Positions 27,573 to 42,038 of a DNA stretch of 64,000 bases are shown here, one piece after another. The stretch comes from the human T2T-CHM13v2.0 reference genome, Homo sapiens. The stretch lies in the NCBI RefSeq assembly GCF_009914755.1, contig NC_060929.1. One strand, written 5' to 3'. Position 1 is the first letter of the stretch. The number at the start of each line of letters is the position of its first letter. The notes under the pieces are model-generated. The model saw nothing but the letters and a program-made list of their open reading frames with translations. It did no database searches and was not told the origin of the DNA. The translations under genes and the position numbers were made by a program.

Positions 27573-28710
27573 AAAAGGCATGACACGGGGACCGGGAGGG
27601 CATCCCCATGTGGCGATGGGGGTGTGGAGGAGCACACACAGGACATGGCAGGAAGACGCACCGCCCTGCAACAGGCCGGGAGCAACTTCTGCTCTGGGGT
27701 GCAGATGAACTTTGCTTTCCTATAAGGAAATAATGCTTGAGGTTGGCTTCCCTTTAAAAGTCACCCATAGATATTTTTGCCTTAAACAAATAAAATTATG
27801 GAATACTCCGGGTGTGTGTGTGGACCACGTAATCACTGAAATCTTAGCCATGATTATTGTCCTGAAAAATAGAAAAGCCACTTTGTAGTTCCCCCATGTA
27901 ATAACCATGTGGTGAAGAGCAGGCCCTGCCTACCTGTCTGTCCTGTATGAGCGTGCAACTCGCCAGGGGCAGGAGCCTATCCTGCTGATCATTAGAGTCT
28001 ATCACATAGCATAATGCACAGCAGATACTAAATCCTTCAAAAAGAGACCTATCTGCAATTTCTATTTGTGATCTATTTGTGATCTATCTGTGATTTCTAG
28101 AGATATCACATCTAATAGTTCGCAATGGACAGTACTTAGAGAAATAGGAAACAATCAGAGAATGAGTTGATTGTGCTTTTGAATATAATTTGATTCAATG
28201 GTTTCTACTTAGAGCAATGATATTGACACATAAAAGATTTACTGATTTTAATTTCATCATTAGAAACATATAAATGTAATATATACATGTGAAAAGAAAG
28301 ATATTTTATTCACAAAGAGCCAGTAATTACTATCTCTTCTGGTGACAGCTCTAGCCTTGTGCACCAAGGTGCAAAGCCAGGACCAACCCTGGGCCAGGCT
28401 GTTTCTGTCTGTGTGGACACGGCTGCCCTGCACTTGGTTGGCCTCCAAGACAGACGAAAAGCTAGCAAGCAGCCTCAGGGAAGACTGCGGTGCACTCAAG
28501 GCGGGAAGCTGCAATTTCCCAAATATCAAAGGATGTTCCACAATGTTGTCTTTTCCACACTGCAATTTTCATAAATGAAAGCTTAGCCCTGAGCTTTCCT
28601 TGAAACAGGATTGGATGTGTGGGGAGTCTGAAAAGCCGGTCCAAGTAGTCCTGTGACCTCTCTCTCTGTTGCTCTGGTTCTGTGGGTTAAGAAATCTCTA
28701 TCGATTAATC

Positions 28711-28781
28711 ACCACATACGCACACATACATGCATACACGCACACGTACATGCACACACGCACATGCACACACACATGCAT
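28711..28781. repeat. CA/CATG-rich low-complexity repeat
   Basis: Direct reading. Confidence 0.85.
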
Positions 28782-29765
28782 GGGCTTGCACAGGAGGAGG
28801 GCGTTGCCTGGTTCGCCAGCCTCCTCCTATTATGTCCTACTGAGACCAGAATTTAGGCCTTCCCTAGAGTGAGGGCCCACAAAGTCCAGTCACAAAATAC
28901 ACAGCAGAATTGTGGTTGCATTTTTACCTTCTAAAGGTAGCAATTTCTGTGTGAGTTAGATTCAGTGGACTGTAATTATGCAGACGCTTAGCATTCCCCA
29001 CGTCTTCGTCCATGCTGGGGATGCTTTCCCTGGCTGGGTTTTCCCACAGTGAGCTCGGCGCCAACTCAGGAGACAGCAGCTGTAACAGGCCGTGTGGAAC
29101 TGAGACGTGACCTGTGGAGCTCTGTTCCCTACTACTGTTTCACCTTTGTGACATGATGTGCCATGACAAGCGACCAGTCAGGGAGAGTACAGCTACCCCA
29201 GTTCTGAAAGGAGGGTGGTGACTCTGGCCCACAATCAAGAGATGCCAAGGAGTGTGTGGGCTCCCATGGCAAACACGCCCAGCAGCAGCAGCAGCAACAG
29301 CTCAGCAGGCCTCCTCACTTCCGGCCTCTCCACCTTCCTAGCTCCTGACCAGTGAGGAGCAGGCACATCCTGTGTGTGGAGGGACCAGCAGGTCCCCTTA
29401 AGACTCCACCCTCCAGTTGTGTGGAATCTACGCATCGGACCCAATGCGGAAGCCACGGGAGTGGTAAGGATGAGAAGTCCACTGCCCCCGGAGCATGCCT
29501 AGTGGCATTCCTGGGACCCAGCGCTGGGCCATATGCTACCACCAGGCAGCTGCTGCAGCAGGAGCCAGGTCTTGCAGATACCACTGTCCCGCTGAGGACA
29601 CAGGACCCCATCTCAGCAGAAGGACAGTTCTACACTTCAGGAAAGTGAAGGACTCCCTCTTACTCCGGGGTAATGGGTGTAAACCTTCCCGTTTTAAGTG
29701 AGAGGAGGTGGGACTGTTATTTTGCTTTCAACAAAGTCAAAAAAAGGAAAAAGGGCAAAGGGATT

Positions 29766-29901
29766 CTTGATCAAAGGATACAGACATTCAGTTATAAGAT
29801 GAGTAAGTTCTGGGGATTTAGCTGCAGCTTGGGGACTTTAGTTAATACAACCATATTGTGTGTTTGGAATCAGCTGAGAGAGTAGAGCTTAAGTGTCCTC
29901 A

Positions 29902-29932
<31 letters not shown>

Positions 29933-30078
29933 GTAACTCTGTGAGTTGATGGACATGTTAATTACCTTGATTGTGGTATTCATTTCACAAACTGCATGTA
30001 TATCAAATCATTGCATTATACACTTAAATGATGTAAATGTACAATGTTTATTTGTTAATTATACTTCAATAAAGCTGA
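29766..30078 (+). mobile_element. L1MA-type 3' end fragment (about L1MA8-10) containing a C17-(AC)n tract
   Basis: TCAGTTATAAGATGAGTAAGTTCTGG, GAGAGTAGAGCTTAAGTGTCCTCAC and ATTATACTTCAATAAAGCTG. Confidence 0.85.
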
Positions 30079-31089
30079 GGAGAAGGGGGGAAAGGAAAGG
30101 AGGGCCCACATAGTCGACGGGGTCCCAAGGCAGCCAGGTGGTGGCAGCTGGGCCTTGTCCGTCAGCAGCAAGGCAGGAAGAACCAGGGCTCCAGGGTGAG
30201 TGCTTCCACGTCTCATAGGGAGCAGCTGATGCCCATGAGGCAGGTCTGGGTTGGGCAGGCATCTAGAGGAGCTGGGGTTTGAACCGGGTCTAGAAGATGA
30301 TTAGGGTTTTGCCAGTTGGAAAGGGAAGAACAAAAACCAAGAAGGAAAAATGATTCTCTAAATAATCGGGTTTGACACTGAAATCCCTGCCTGCCCCCTC
30401 TTCCCTGCACCTCACAGGGTCTTCCTGGTTCTTGCAGGGGCTCCCCCTTCATGCTCCCTTGCCTCCCTCCACCAAAAATAAATTCCAGTGCATTTCAAAG
30501 GCCAAGAATTACACACTTTAAAATCCTACACCAGAAACGGGATGGATGGTGCTGAAAACGGGATTTCAAAGAGAACAGAGGATAGCTCCAAAATAAGGTC
30601 TTTTAGAGTAGAAAAAAATACAAAAATAAGTAGCAAACAATTGGGAAAGTAACGAAATTGGATTCCAGCATGGTCTGTATGGTCATGAAGCATGGGGACC
30701 CCCAAGCCTTGCTGCGAAGCATTAGGTCCCTCTAATGAGTGTTTCTGTATAGCCTACATGGGGAAGATGACCGCAGGGCACTGAGGCGCCTCTCACCCCA
30801 GCCCAGGGCTGGGCAGGCCAACCAGAGGTATCTGAGCTGAGTCTCTCAGCAGAGGCTTGGGTTGAGATTCTTCAAGGCATCACCTGCAGGTGTCAGGTGC
30901 AGAAATTAAACCTCCATTCACTCTCTATGGATTTCTGGGGCTGCCTCTCCTGGAGTTGCTGTCTTCAGTGATCATGAGTAGAAAGCCACCAAGGACTTGG
31001 GAAGTGAGGAAGAAAGGACCAGGAGGCTGCCCACATGTGAAGTGTCGAAGAAGGTGTGCGGGCAATTTGTCCAGGGCTTCTTGATGGGG

Positions 31090-31538
31090 TGCTGTGAGTT
31101 CAATAGCATCCCCCAAACAATATGTTGAAGTCCTAACACCTGGTACTCGTTACTGTGCCCTTCAATGGAAATAGAACCTTTGTAGACATAATTAAGATGT
31201 GAGCTAAGCTAAGGACCTACTGGAGGAGAGTGGGCGCTAATCCAATATGATGGCCTTTCCTAGGATAGAAGAGGCCCAGGCAGACACACAGAGAGGGTCT
31301 TGTGAAGATATGAGCAGGGACTTCAGTGGTGCTGCCACAATCAAGGAACACCAAGGCCTGCCTGCTGCCACCAAGGCCAGGAATGGGCAGGGAACACATT
31401 CTCCCTGTGAGCCCCCATGAAGGAGCCAACACTGCTGACACCTTGGTTTTGGACTTCTGGCTTCCAGAGTACAGTGCTGTTGCTGAAAGCCACTCAGATT
31501 GTAGAGACTTGCCATGGCAGCCACAGTAAGAAAATACA
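31090..31538 (+). mobile_element. MLT1C-like (ERVL-MaLR) solo LTR
   Basis: TGCTGTGAGTTCAAT, TATGTTGAAGTCCTAA, CTGCTGACACCTTGGTTTTGGACTTCTGGCTTCCAGA and terminal AATACA. Confidence 0.85.
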
Positions 31539-32958
31539 GGGGACAGGTGTGAAAAATCATCTGCCCTCATGCGAAGGAAACTCGGATCCTCCACGCTGGC
31601 CAGTGTGGATGAAGGGGAGTCTGTATGAACGACATGGCCTGAATTGGCATTCTGGTGTTGTTATGGCATCCACGGCCATCAGCCTTCCTCCTATCTGTGG
31701 GTACATCTCTGAGCACAGGAGGGTGATACCACCAGACACTCACATGCCAGCAAGGGCTGTGGGGACCTGAGTCCTGGGCGGCTGTTGTACCTCTACCTAC
31801 TTGTCCTGTAAAACAGCAAACACCTCTGCCTTCTTGCCACTCGCCTCCCATCACATCCATGTCCTCTCTCTGCATGTCTTACTTCCTCTCATCTCCTTTA
31901 CTTCTCCCTCTGCCACTAAATCAGCACTGATACCAAGACGTCCCCAAACTATTAATTTCCTTTAAATGGCAGCATCTCTACCTTCCCACTTAAACTCCAA
32001 AAGGCCATTAGTCCATCTTCCTGCCATCTCCATAGCCAATTCTGCATCATCCGTGACTTTGCACTGTCAGCTTCATAGCTCTGCTGATCAAGCAATGTTC
32101 ACTGCGCACTTCCTGTGGCCAGCAGGGGCTGGCAGCATCGCGCAACCTCTTGGGACAACCCACAGAGACAGCTCTGAGGCAGGGGCATCAGGCCCACATT
32201 GAATGATGATATGGCCAAGGTCAGTTTCCTTTTCCAAGGTCACACATCCAGTCTACCCTTGATATGGAAATTTCCCAATTCTAACTGTCCTCCTGTACTC
32301 GTGCCCACTCCCATCTACTAGTGATGGACTGTCTCCAAATCCCTTCTCCAGCCCTCTGTCCCCTCCAACTCCCAGGGAGAATGCATGCAGCCTCTGCCCT
32401 CTCTCCCACTGCTGTCAATCAGGCCTCTGGAATTTACCACTCTGGTCCTGCTCTCCTACCTGAGTGTCAATCCCATAACTTCCACTCCTCAGAGGGACTC
32501 TGCTGAAAACCTTCCCACCCTTCAAACACACTCAGTTGAACTCATTACCCTGGCTCTATTCTGGGTATTTTCAACCACAACTTTCTGTCTTAGTCTGTGC
32601 TGCTCTTCTTCCTTGACCCATATCCAATACTTGGGCTCAATTTTGACCCTCTGTGTGCTCTTTCACTCACTGGGCAGGTAGCTACCACAAACCGTTGTTT
32701 ATCTAAGTGCCTCCAGGGTAGTTTCTCAACTCCATATCCAGGGCTCTGGCTCTTCTCTTGGTGTGCTGAATGCACCTGTCCTCACCCTACATCCACTCAG
32801 GAGCAATGCAGACTCATAGAAACAACTCCCTGTGGCCCAAGACACCATGACCGCCAGCTCTTCTTCTACTCCTCTTTCCTGACATTTCTTTCTAGTGTTG
32901 ATCCGGCTACTGCCAGGGTTTTGTTCCTGACATACTCAGAGCTTTCTGCTCCATTATT

Positions 32959-33266
<308 letters not shown>

Positions 33267-33400
33267 CATTATTAATAGCAAACATGAGCCGTTCTTTATG
33301 GAGTTCTTATTCCATTCATTGTTTCACAAGCATCACTGCTAATTCTCACCACGGCTCTGAAAGGTACCCACCACTGTGTTCATTTTTTAAATGATGAAAG

Positions 33401-33955
33401 AATGGCCAACAGCTTCATGAAAAAATGCCCAACATGGCTAATCATCAGGGAAATGAAAATTAAAGCCACAATGAGATCTTGCCCCACAACTGTTCAAATG
33501 GCTACTGTCAAAAAGGAAAAGGAGAGCATGCACTGGTGAGGAGGTGGGGAGAAGAAAGCCCTTGCACGCGGCTGGGGGGATGCAAATCAGTACAGTCATT
33601 ATGGAAAACGCTAGGGAGATTTCTCAGCAAAATAAAACTAGAACGACCACAGGACCCAGCAAGTCCCGGTCCTGGTGTTTGTCCAAATAAAACATAGCCA
33701 GTATGTCAAATGGATATCTGCACCCCCACGTTGATTGTAGCACTATTCACAGGAGCAAAGATATGAAATCAACGTAAGTGCCCATCAAGGAAGAATGAAT
33801 AAAGAAAATGTGGCATCTACACACAGTGGAATACTATACAGCCTTTAAAAAGAAGGACATCCTGTTACTTACAACAATGTGGATGAATTTGGAGGACATT
33901 ATGTTAAACAAAATAAAGCCAGACACAGAAAGACAAATACTGCAATGACCTCTTG
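33401..33955 (+). mobile_element. L1MA/L1MB fragment (ORF2 end and 3' UTR)
   Basis: AATGGCCAACAG, CTAATCATCAGGGAAATGAAAATTAAAGCCACAATGAGAT and GCCAGACACAGAAAGACAAATACTGCA. Confidence 0.85.
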
Positions 33956-33959
33956 CATC

Positions 33960-34344
33960 CATCCATGTACGTATGCACACATGGCTATGAAGACAATTGC
34001 TGCAAGGAACTGGTTCTTGTGCTGAACTTATGAAGACTACATCCCCCTCTCTGCAGTACGCAGGAGAGCTGGTGGTGAAGGGGCAGGAGACTGATGGCTT
34101 GGCTCAAGTAGTCAGGCATGGGGAGCAAATTCACCCCTCCTCAGCCTTTTGTTCTATCCAGGCCCTCAACAGATTGGACGAGGCCCACTCATATGGGGAA
34201 GTGCCATCTGCTTTACCCAGTCTACCCATTCAAATGCTAATCTCATCTGGAAACCCTCTCACAGACACATGCAGAAATAATATTTAGCCAAAAATCTGGG
34301 CACCCCATGATCCAGTCTAGTTGACACATAAAATTCACCATCAC
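33960..34344 (-). mobile_element. MLT2B-like (ERVL) LTR
   Basis: TTTTGTTCTATCCAGGCCCTCAACAGATTGGA, TCAAATGCTAATCTCATCTGGAAA and GTTGACACATAAAATTCACCATCAC. Confidence 0.85.
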
Positions 34345-35772
34345 CTGCTCTGCCAGGAACATCTGTTCCTCAGCCAATGAAATTATCCTGGCAATCATCT
34401 TATCCTGAATTGTCTTCACATGTAGTTCAAAAGTGATCTTCATGGCAACCAAGTCAGATTACCACGAATTCCACATTTTGGGGTACTCGAACACTATGAT
34501 AGAGAAAGAAAAGATAACACGGGCTCATGGAATGCAAGACTCAATGTTCATGGCCCCCTTTCTCTTCCAATTCCACTCCTATTGGAGTCTTAAGCGTGAC
34601 CTTGCTCAGGTACCAGCCTGCGAGCCAGAGAAGGCAATGTGACTGATCCCGCTCACTGCCCCCAGCCTTTCTCATCCCTTCACCTTGATCTCATTAAGCA
34701 AAACATAAGGAGCTGATTCCACAGCAGACAAGCAATTCGATGGGTGTAAAGTGCTTACTCATGTGAGGTAAATTAACTCCCACAAAGCATTATTCACTAA
34801 TTTGCCCCACTGTAAAAATGTCATTGACTACATGGGGCTTTTTAATGTCTTAGATTTCCGGCCTAGCTGTTAGCAGCACTCAAAATACACCTTCTCTTGA
34901 ACATGGAGGAGGGAAGTCTCGATAGGGGCATTCCAAATGGCAGCTTCTGCTGCATGGAATAAAATGTGTATACCGTACTAGATTTTACTGACACCCAATT
35001 CTTGAAATGTGGTTTCCATCTTCTGTGACAGGTAAGTAAATTCCATGTCATTATCATGTTAGTTGCTATTATCCAAACAGTTTTCCCATGTAAATGCTGA
35101 CACCATCTAGACTTGATTTTTCTCATAATAAAAGTATCTGGTAATATCAACACATCCATGTCTTCATTATAGCAATTTTTATAGCTATTTGAGGCACATG
35201 AGATTGGAATCAGAATTTTAGAGGCTGATATTTTCTTTTCCTTTTGAAACAGCTTTTAACCAAAAATTACCTTTTATGTAATAAAAGAGTATGATTCATG
35301 AAAGGAGTTTAGCTTGAGGTTCTTTCCTCGTGGTATAAACTCTAGAATATGCTGTGCAATGCATTCAGACAGATTCATGACTCACATTTGTAGAGGTTTA
35401 GTTAGGACTATTGAGTCGTGGTGGGTTTGAGGGATGCTGGTATGAATAAAAGTTTTGTTAAGCATGTTCCTTCTTCTTTGTCTTCATTGTTTGAAGACTC
35501 TTAATGTCTGCTTTTCTCTAAAACTCTTTCTAATCCCTATAGAATAACCATTTGTTCAAAATCTCAGTTTCCTGCTCTTTGTAAAGGCAGAGGGATGAAC
35601 CCACACACGTCAACACCTCAGAAACACCCCTCAGGCCCTGGCTTCCACCCCACAACCCACCTAACCCCTGCTTCAAAATGCAGCCAGCTGGGCTAGGCTT
35701 TGAGACACAGAGCTGACGGTGTTGCTTTCCAGCCTGAGGCTTGGTGGCAGCCCACAGTGACCACAGAGTCTT

Positions 35773-35815
35773 ATACACACACACACATACACACATACAC
35801 ACACACACACACACA
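35773..35815. repeat. (CA)n microsatellite
   Basis: Direct reading. Confidence 0.9.
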
Positions 35816-36853
35816 GCCCTGACAGTGGACCCTGGAGGTCTGCCCTCCACACAGGGACCCAGGCTGCCATCTCTGGTTAGCACAATCTGAGTGTCTGGAA
35901 CATTCCATATTGGTTACCAAGACCAGGCATTTGGTCCAAAGGTGCCCACACCCTAAATACCACCCCTCACCAACACACACAGGTATGCACCCATCAACTC
36001 ACAAGGCTGAGAAGTGTCGGGCAACTTCTCCAAATTATGACATAAATGGAATGCAGCTGTTTTACAGGGCTGGCCACACACCCATGGCAGATGCAAAGAG
36101 AGGAGGGATGCAATGCGTTCACTATTAGGATGGTAAATGTGGCTTATAGAAAAAGGCAGGAGATACATGAATGTCAAATGTTTTAAGAGTGTGGACAAGT
36201 GTTCAGCCAGGTTGAATACCACTGCATCTATAATACAGCTTAATATAAGACTGATTTAGAATGGCGTTTTGAGATTACCAAACAATAACACCTGAAGCAA
36301 TAATATAGCAAAGACTTATCAGTGTAATTTATTATACTGCCTTATGAACGTATGGTATGGATTTTAAGATATAGTATACAATAAAAGTTATCTTAGAAAG
36401 AGTACATATCTAAGACATACTCTATACGATGACAAGATTGTTTGCTATATAATAGGAAAAACCAACTAAGAACTCCAGTTTCACCGCAAATGGAAACATC
36501 ATCCATGAACCTGACCCAACACCCAAGTGTCTAAATGAAAATGAAAGCTTCCGATAAGAGCTCAGGTCTTCAGATGAGGCACCAACCTGGCCCTGGCTCC
36601 TTACAACCCTACAACCAACTCTGAACTGGGTAAAATAAGACACATTTTAATTGTTATTGCATAATTAATCCACATGCCTATATCTCTTGTGTGCTTGGTT
36701 CAAAAAATGACCTGGATGGCTCAGAAAGGTAATTTATATGAATCAGAACAAGATTTAGCCAGGGTTCTGTTACTGCTGGCTTGTCTAAGTGCTGGTCTTC
36801 TGCGTCAACTATTGATGAACTAGAACAGAGTCATGTTCCTTAAAAAGTCCTCA

Positions 36854-37198
<345 letters not shown>

Positions 37199-40100
37199 TC
37201 AACACACAAGCTGGGCCAGTGTTTTTACCCGTGCTGGGAACCACAGCTGAGCCCAGGATGGACAGACATGGAAGTGAACCACACGTGGCTCGGCCCCCGG
37301 CTGCATAGCCTTCATCTTCCCTCTAAGGACTTTCCAGTTACCAATTTGTTCTCAGTTTAATTGTCTTTATATTTAGCTTTATATTCAGACAGCTACATTT
37401 CTGAATTTCTCCAGGTAATTAATTGTCTCCTGCTTCCTATGAATAATGTTCTTTCTGCAGGAAGAGTCAGCACCATCTTGTGGGTCTAGAAAACTGTAAA
37501 GCTCCCCAAGGTCATGTTTTATGAGGGTGCTGAATTCAGAAGCCAGTTCTAAGATATAATAAGAACATAAGTAAAGACATCATCCAAATGATGGCTGCTA
37601 TACATATTAAAGAGTAGGTTTAGTAAACCTTAAAATATGGATCATAATTACATTAATATGCAAATAATTATTTAATAATTATCCAATTATCTTCATGTGT
37701 CACGGGTCCAAGAATTGAAGAGAACCTTCTACTCAAGGCTTCTCTCTGCTGATCATAGCACAGTTGTACGTGATTTTGATCATAGATGTTCTTTTGCTAG
37801 AAACCACAAGGCAGGGGATGAAAACTCTACACAAACCAGTGTTTAGTGCAGCATCACGGAGGCCATTGAATAGTAGGGTCCTATAAGATTCCACAACTCC
37901 ATCACTTTGAGAGCATTGCCAATAATACTGACTCCTGGTGATGAGTGACTTACTAAGGAAATTATAGATTATGTTGAGAGTTTTCTATGTTGTTTCTTTC
38001 TTTTTTTTTTCCCCCTAAACGTAAAAGTATCTAACAAATTTGGGAAGAGTTTCATCCAATGTGCTACTTTTTCTTTATGCTTTGACACTTAGGTGAACGC
38101 AGAGTTTCTCTAGAACATGCAAGTCACATGGCTTCCTAGTGAATTAGGTGTTACAATAATTAAAGCAATACCAGATACCAGGTAAGACTTCTTCCTGCAA
38201 TGAGAGCTACATATTTATAAAATAGTTGAGTTGCTCACAGTAGATGGGGTAAGTGCCTAGGGATTACTCAGAAGACAAACCAGTAGAGGCAAGAGGAGGA
38301 AATGGGTCACCTGCTTCCTTTTCTCCCTCTTACTTCTTTTCTAGTTACTATGAAACAGACTTCCTTCTTCCCAGGCAGAGGAAAGCCCCCTCTTTTCTCT
38401 CCTTCTCCCTCAGCACCTTCTAGGCAGCCCAAACACTAGATTTTTAAGCCCCTAATACTCACAGAAAAGAGAAACCAATGGATTGATGACTTCGAAAATC
38501 TAAGAAGAAATCGTTAACGACCCCACTCTGCTAGTGTAAGTGAGTTCACAGCTTGGACCGCTGCAATCAGTGGCTCCGTTTTCAACATTATTTAAGGCAA
38601 AAACTATAAAAACAAAAGTAAAGTAGAAGCCGGGGTGCGGGAAAAGATCACAGACTCTGAAATAATAAACCAGACACAGAGAATCATGGGGGGAGCTGGA
38701 AAGACACCCCAGTGAAAGCCAACGAAAACCTAAAATAAATTACAGACACTAAAGCCAAGAAGCCCTTGATGAATGTAATAGGATATAGAAAGTTACTTTG
38801 ATAACTGTGCTCATTATTCTCAGGAATTTATAACATATTTTGAATAAAAATAATTAAACTAGAAAAATGTTGTTCAACAGTACCACCTGCATTTAGCCCC
38901 CACTCTCCAAATTACTTCTATGGAAAATTCCTCGCTTCTATTTGTAATTAATTAATACATGTTGTCTCTCATTTTAAGTGATTGGAAAATTACTTGTCTC
39001 CCATCTCAGAAGACGGTTATTCACATTAGTTTGAAGAACATGAAACAGCCTATATTTGAACCTGTTTGACCCATAAGAAAGGTCAATTTCATCTGGTTCA
39101 TGGTAATGCATATGCTGATGCCTTCTTTAGTAAAGAAATATGCATCCTCCTCCAAAGTACTTCTATGCATAATCTTCTCTTGCAAAAATTACCCACTTGC
39201 AAGGCAAAGGCAGTGACCCAAAGCTTGAACCACTTATGATATTGGGACAAAACCCTTTCTCCATGCACAGTTTGCAAAAGAAAATGGAACTGAGGAGCTT
39301 AGAAGTCAGTGGGTGTCGGGATATGCAGGGAGTATAGAAATGAAGTCTTGAATAAACTGGGTGAGAAGTAGATTCCTTTTGATTGTTGTCTCTTGCTTTT
39401 TAATGTTCTCAGAAAACGGCTGTATCTTTCAGAGTCTCTCAAGGATTTTTAGATAAAAAGAGAGGTTTTATCTTTGCATGTCTATAAGCAGTGAAAAACT
39501 CCGGAGACCAAAACCTACAGGCAATTCAAATAAACTAAATCCGATCAAGGTAATATCAATGCCAGAATTAGAAGAAAACCCAGAGAGAATATCAATAACA
39601 ACATTAAAACAGCAGGTTTCAACTGGAATCAATAGACAGAATAAACAGAAAAAATTAAGTCACAAAGTGTTAGCAGATAAAAGCTCCCCACTCATTAAAA
39701 TTCTGTTTGTCTTTGTGTCTTTTTATCAATGTACCTATATATCCGTGCAAGTGTATCAAAGTTTGTAATGTAAAAGAATGATGAAATAATCTAATTAATT
39801 TCCGGTGTCATTCTACATATTTCTTTCAAGTTGAAACTGCAATATTAACAATGGTTTGCAGTTTAATAAAATATCTTTATGTCCTATTAACTCATATATC
39901 AGCTTGTTATAAAAGCCACTTTCTATCAAATAGCTAAACTTCAAAAGAGTTTTGCTTTGATCAGAAAGAAAAAATCACGTTCATTCCATTTGTACTGAAT
40001 AACCTCGCTCAGTTTTATAGAAAGGCAGTTGTCTGTAGCTGCTGAGCTCTCATGAAAGATATTCCAATGGGCAAAAAAATAAAAAAGATAGAATATATTG

Positions 40101-40451
40101 AGGGAACCATTGAGCAAGGGAAGTGTGCTTTTAACTTCAATAGGCAGGGGAAACTGGCTTTTGAGAGCACAGCAATCCCCAGCAGAGAAGGCCCCAGGAA
40201 CCTCCCAGAGCACAGACAGGTACCAGCCCTAGAGTGGAATCTCAGGAATGCCACCTCCACTAAAATTCCAACTGCTAGATTTTTTTTTTTTTTTTGAAGT
40301 CTCAAATCCTTCCCATTGACAAGTTTCGTTGGGGTAGCAAAGAATTTTTAAACAACGCTCCTTAGTTGCCACAATGTAAAAATTCTCTTGACTGCAAGAT
40401 GTGCCCCCATGCCACGTCCAGAGGTCTGGGCAGGTCTCTGTCTCACCTTAC

Positions 40452-40577
40452 CTCTCATCGCTGGACACTTTCCCTTCTGCGTCTCTGCCAGTGCCGTGTG
40501 CCAGGCATGATTCTGCAATATCCAGGTTATTCAAGAAGGTCAGGGGCTTCCTCAGGTTTTTCCCTTCAGTGTAGCAG
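40452..40577 (-). other. Candidate 126-nt internal exon of a minus-strand (probably non-coding) transcript
   Basis: Minus-strand acceptor TTTTCAACTTCTATTTCAG|CTG and donor GAG|GTAAGG. No transcript evidence is available. Confidence 0.4.
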
Positions 40578-41832
40578 CTGAAATAGAAGTTGAAAATGAA
40601 ACTGGCTTTATTTGTTTCGTATTTTTTCCAAAAGAGACTCCAAATGCACCTGTTCTTCTTGGAACAAACCTGAGTGGTCAACGGTTCTGGGAAGGACAAA
40701 TGTGAGGGTCCCTAGAAAGGGTCTGCATTGACATTCCTGGTCTCCTTGGATGTCAGCAGAAGTCTTGTGTTGCCAGCACAAATACACGTCTATCCCGGAC
40801 CCCCAGCAGGTGTGTGGCATTGCCTGCAGCACATTCTAATGCTACCTGGGCAACGTGCTTTGCCTCTCACAAATAGAAAGAAGCTTAGGCCTAATGAGGA
40901 GATAAGGTTTGATGGCAAGAAAGTGCCCTGAATCGCAGAGACAGAACCCTGGCAGCAAGGCACCGACTTCGGGAATCCTAAGTTTCACAGTCAAAGAAAA
41001 TGCCAAGTATGAAAGTATTAGTCTAGAAAATGAGCCTGAAAAAAATTGGGGTGTTGAGAATGAGAACGATGACTGTGGAGTGGAGTGGGGTGATAGTTTC
41101 ACTCTAGGAGGATCCCAGAACCCTGGTCTCTGAAGGGAGTGGGGCAGTGCTTCTCTACTGGTATATAATTTTATAATTTTATTCATGTTGAAACTTTAAC
41201 TTCAGAGACCACCCTGACAAACTGATAAGAATGCCTTTGCTACGGGACCTTCCTGTATATTCTGGGGTACAGGCTTTTGTTGTGTTGGTAAACCTCCTCC
41301 ACAGAGCGGCATCCCCAGCTACCAACCCCTATGTCCCACCAGGGACCTCTAATCACTGTGGTGGCTGAAAGCACTTCCAGACCTTTCCAGAGCCCACGCC
41401 CACCTGCATTTCAGGGAGAAAGTTGTATTTCCCCACTTCTTAACTAATTCAGGCCACATCTGGGCACTCTTTTGTAAATCTTAACTTTGTTCTCTCAACA
41501 ATATTAATAGCATTTTTTTCAAGGTGCCTCTTGACATTTTCCTTCCATTTTTTTCATTCTGATATTTCTGTTCAAAAACAGCCAATGGACTGTCACAGTC
41601 TCCAAAAGTCATTTCCAAAATGGAGGCTGTAAGCAAGTTGATCAATTGAGATGCAGGACAAAAGTTAGCAATTAAAGCCTAGAGAAATTAAGCTTCCTAA
41701 TGGTTTTATATTGACAATAGTCTGTGTATGTAATTTCTAAATAATTTTTCATATATTGAAGATTTTCGCTCATTTTTTTTTCCACACATGGAGTGAAAAA
41801 TTGTAAAACTTGGAGATACTATTAGTGTACCA

Positions 41833-42038
41833 CAATGGTTCTCAATCCAGGGTGATCTGGGTTCCTGGGCCAGGTCTGGAGACACTTTGGCCCTCACATC
41901 GGAGGGGGTTCTGCTGGCATCCAGGTGGTGGGGGGATGCAGGGATGCTGTCAGGTGGCCTGCAGTGTACAGGTCAGCGCCCCCATGCAAAGAACCACCCG
42001 GCCCAAAATGTCTATGGCACTGAGGTTGAGAAACTCTG
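41833..42038 (+). mobile_element. MER20 non-autonomous hAT-Charlie DNA transposon
   Basis: TIRs CAATGGTTCTCAA and TTGAGAAACTCTG; internal GGCCCAAAATGTC; 8-bp TSD-like GTGTACCA/GTCTGCCA. Confidence 0.85.

Noticed and set aside
28047-28100. 11-13-bp repeat CTAT(T/C)TGTGAT
   Set aside because: Ordinary short tandem duplication without spacers; not a CRISPR-like array.
29280-29301. (CAG)5 CAA CAG tract suggesting polyQ
   Set aside because: Short, and not in a credible coding exon.
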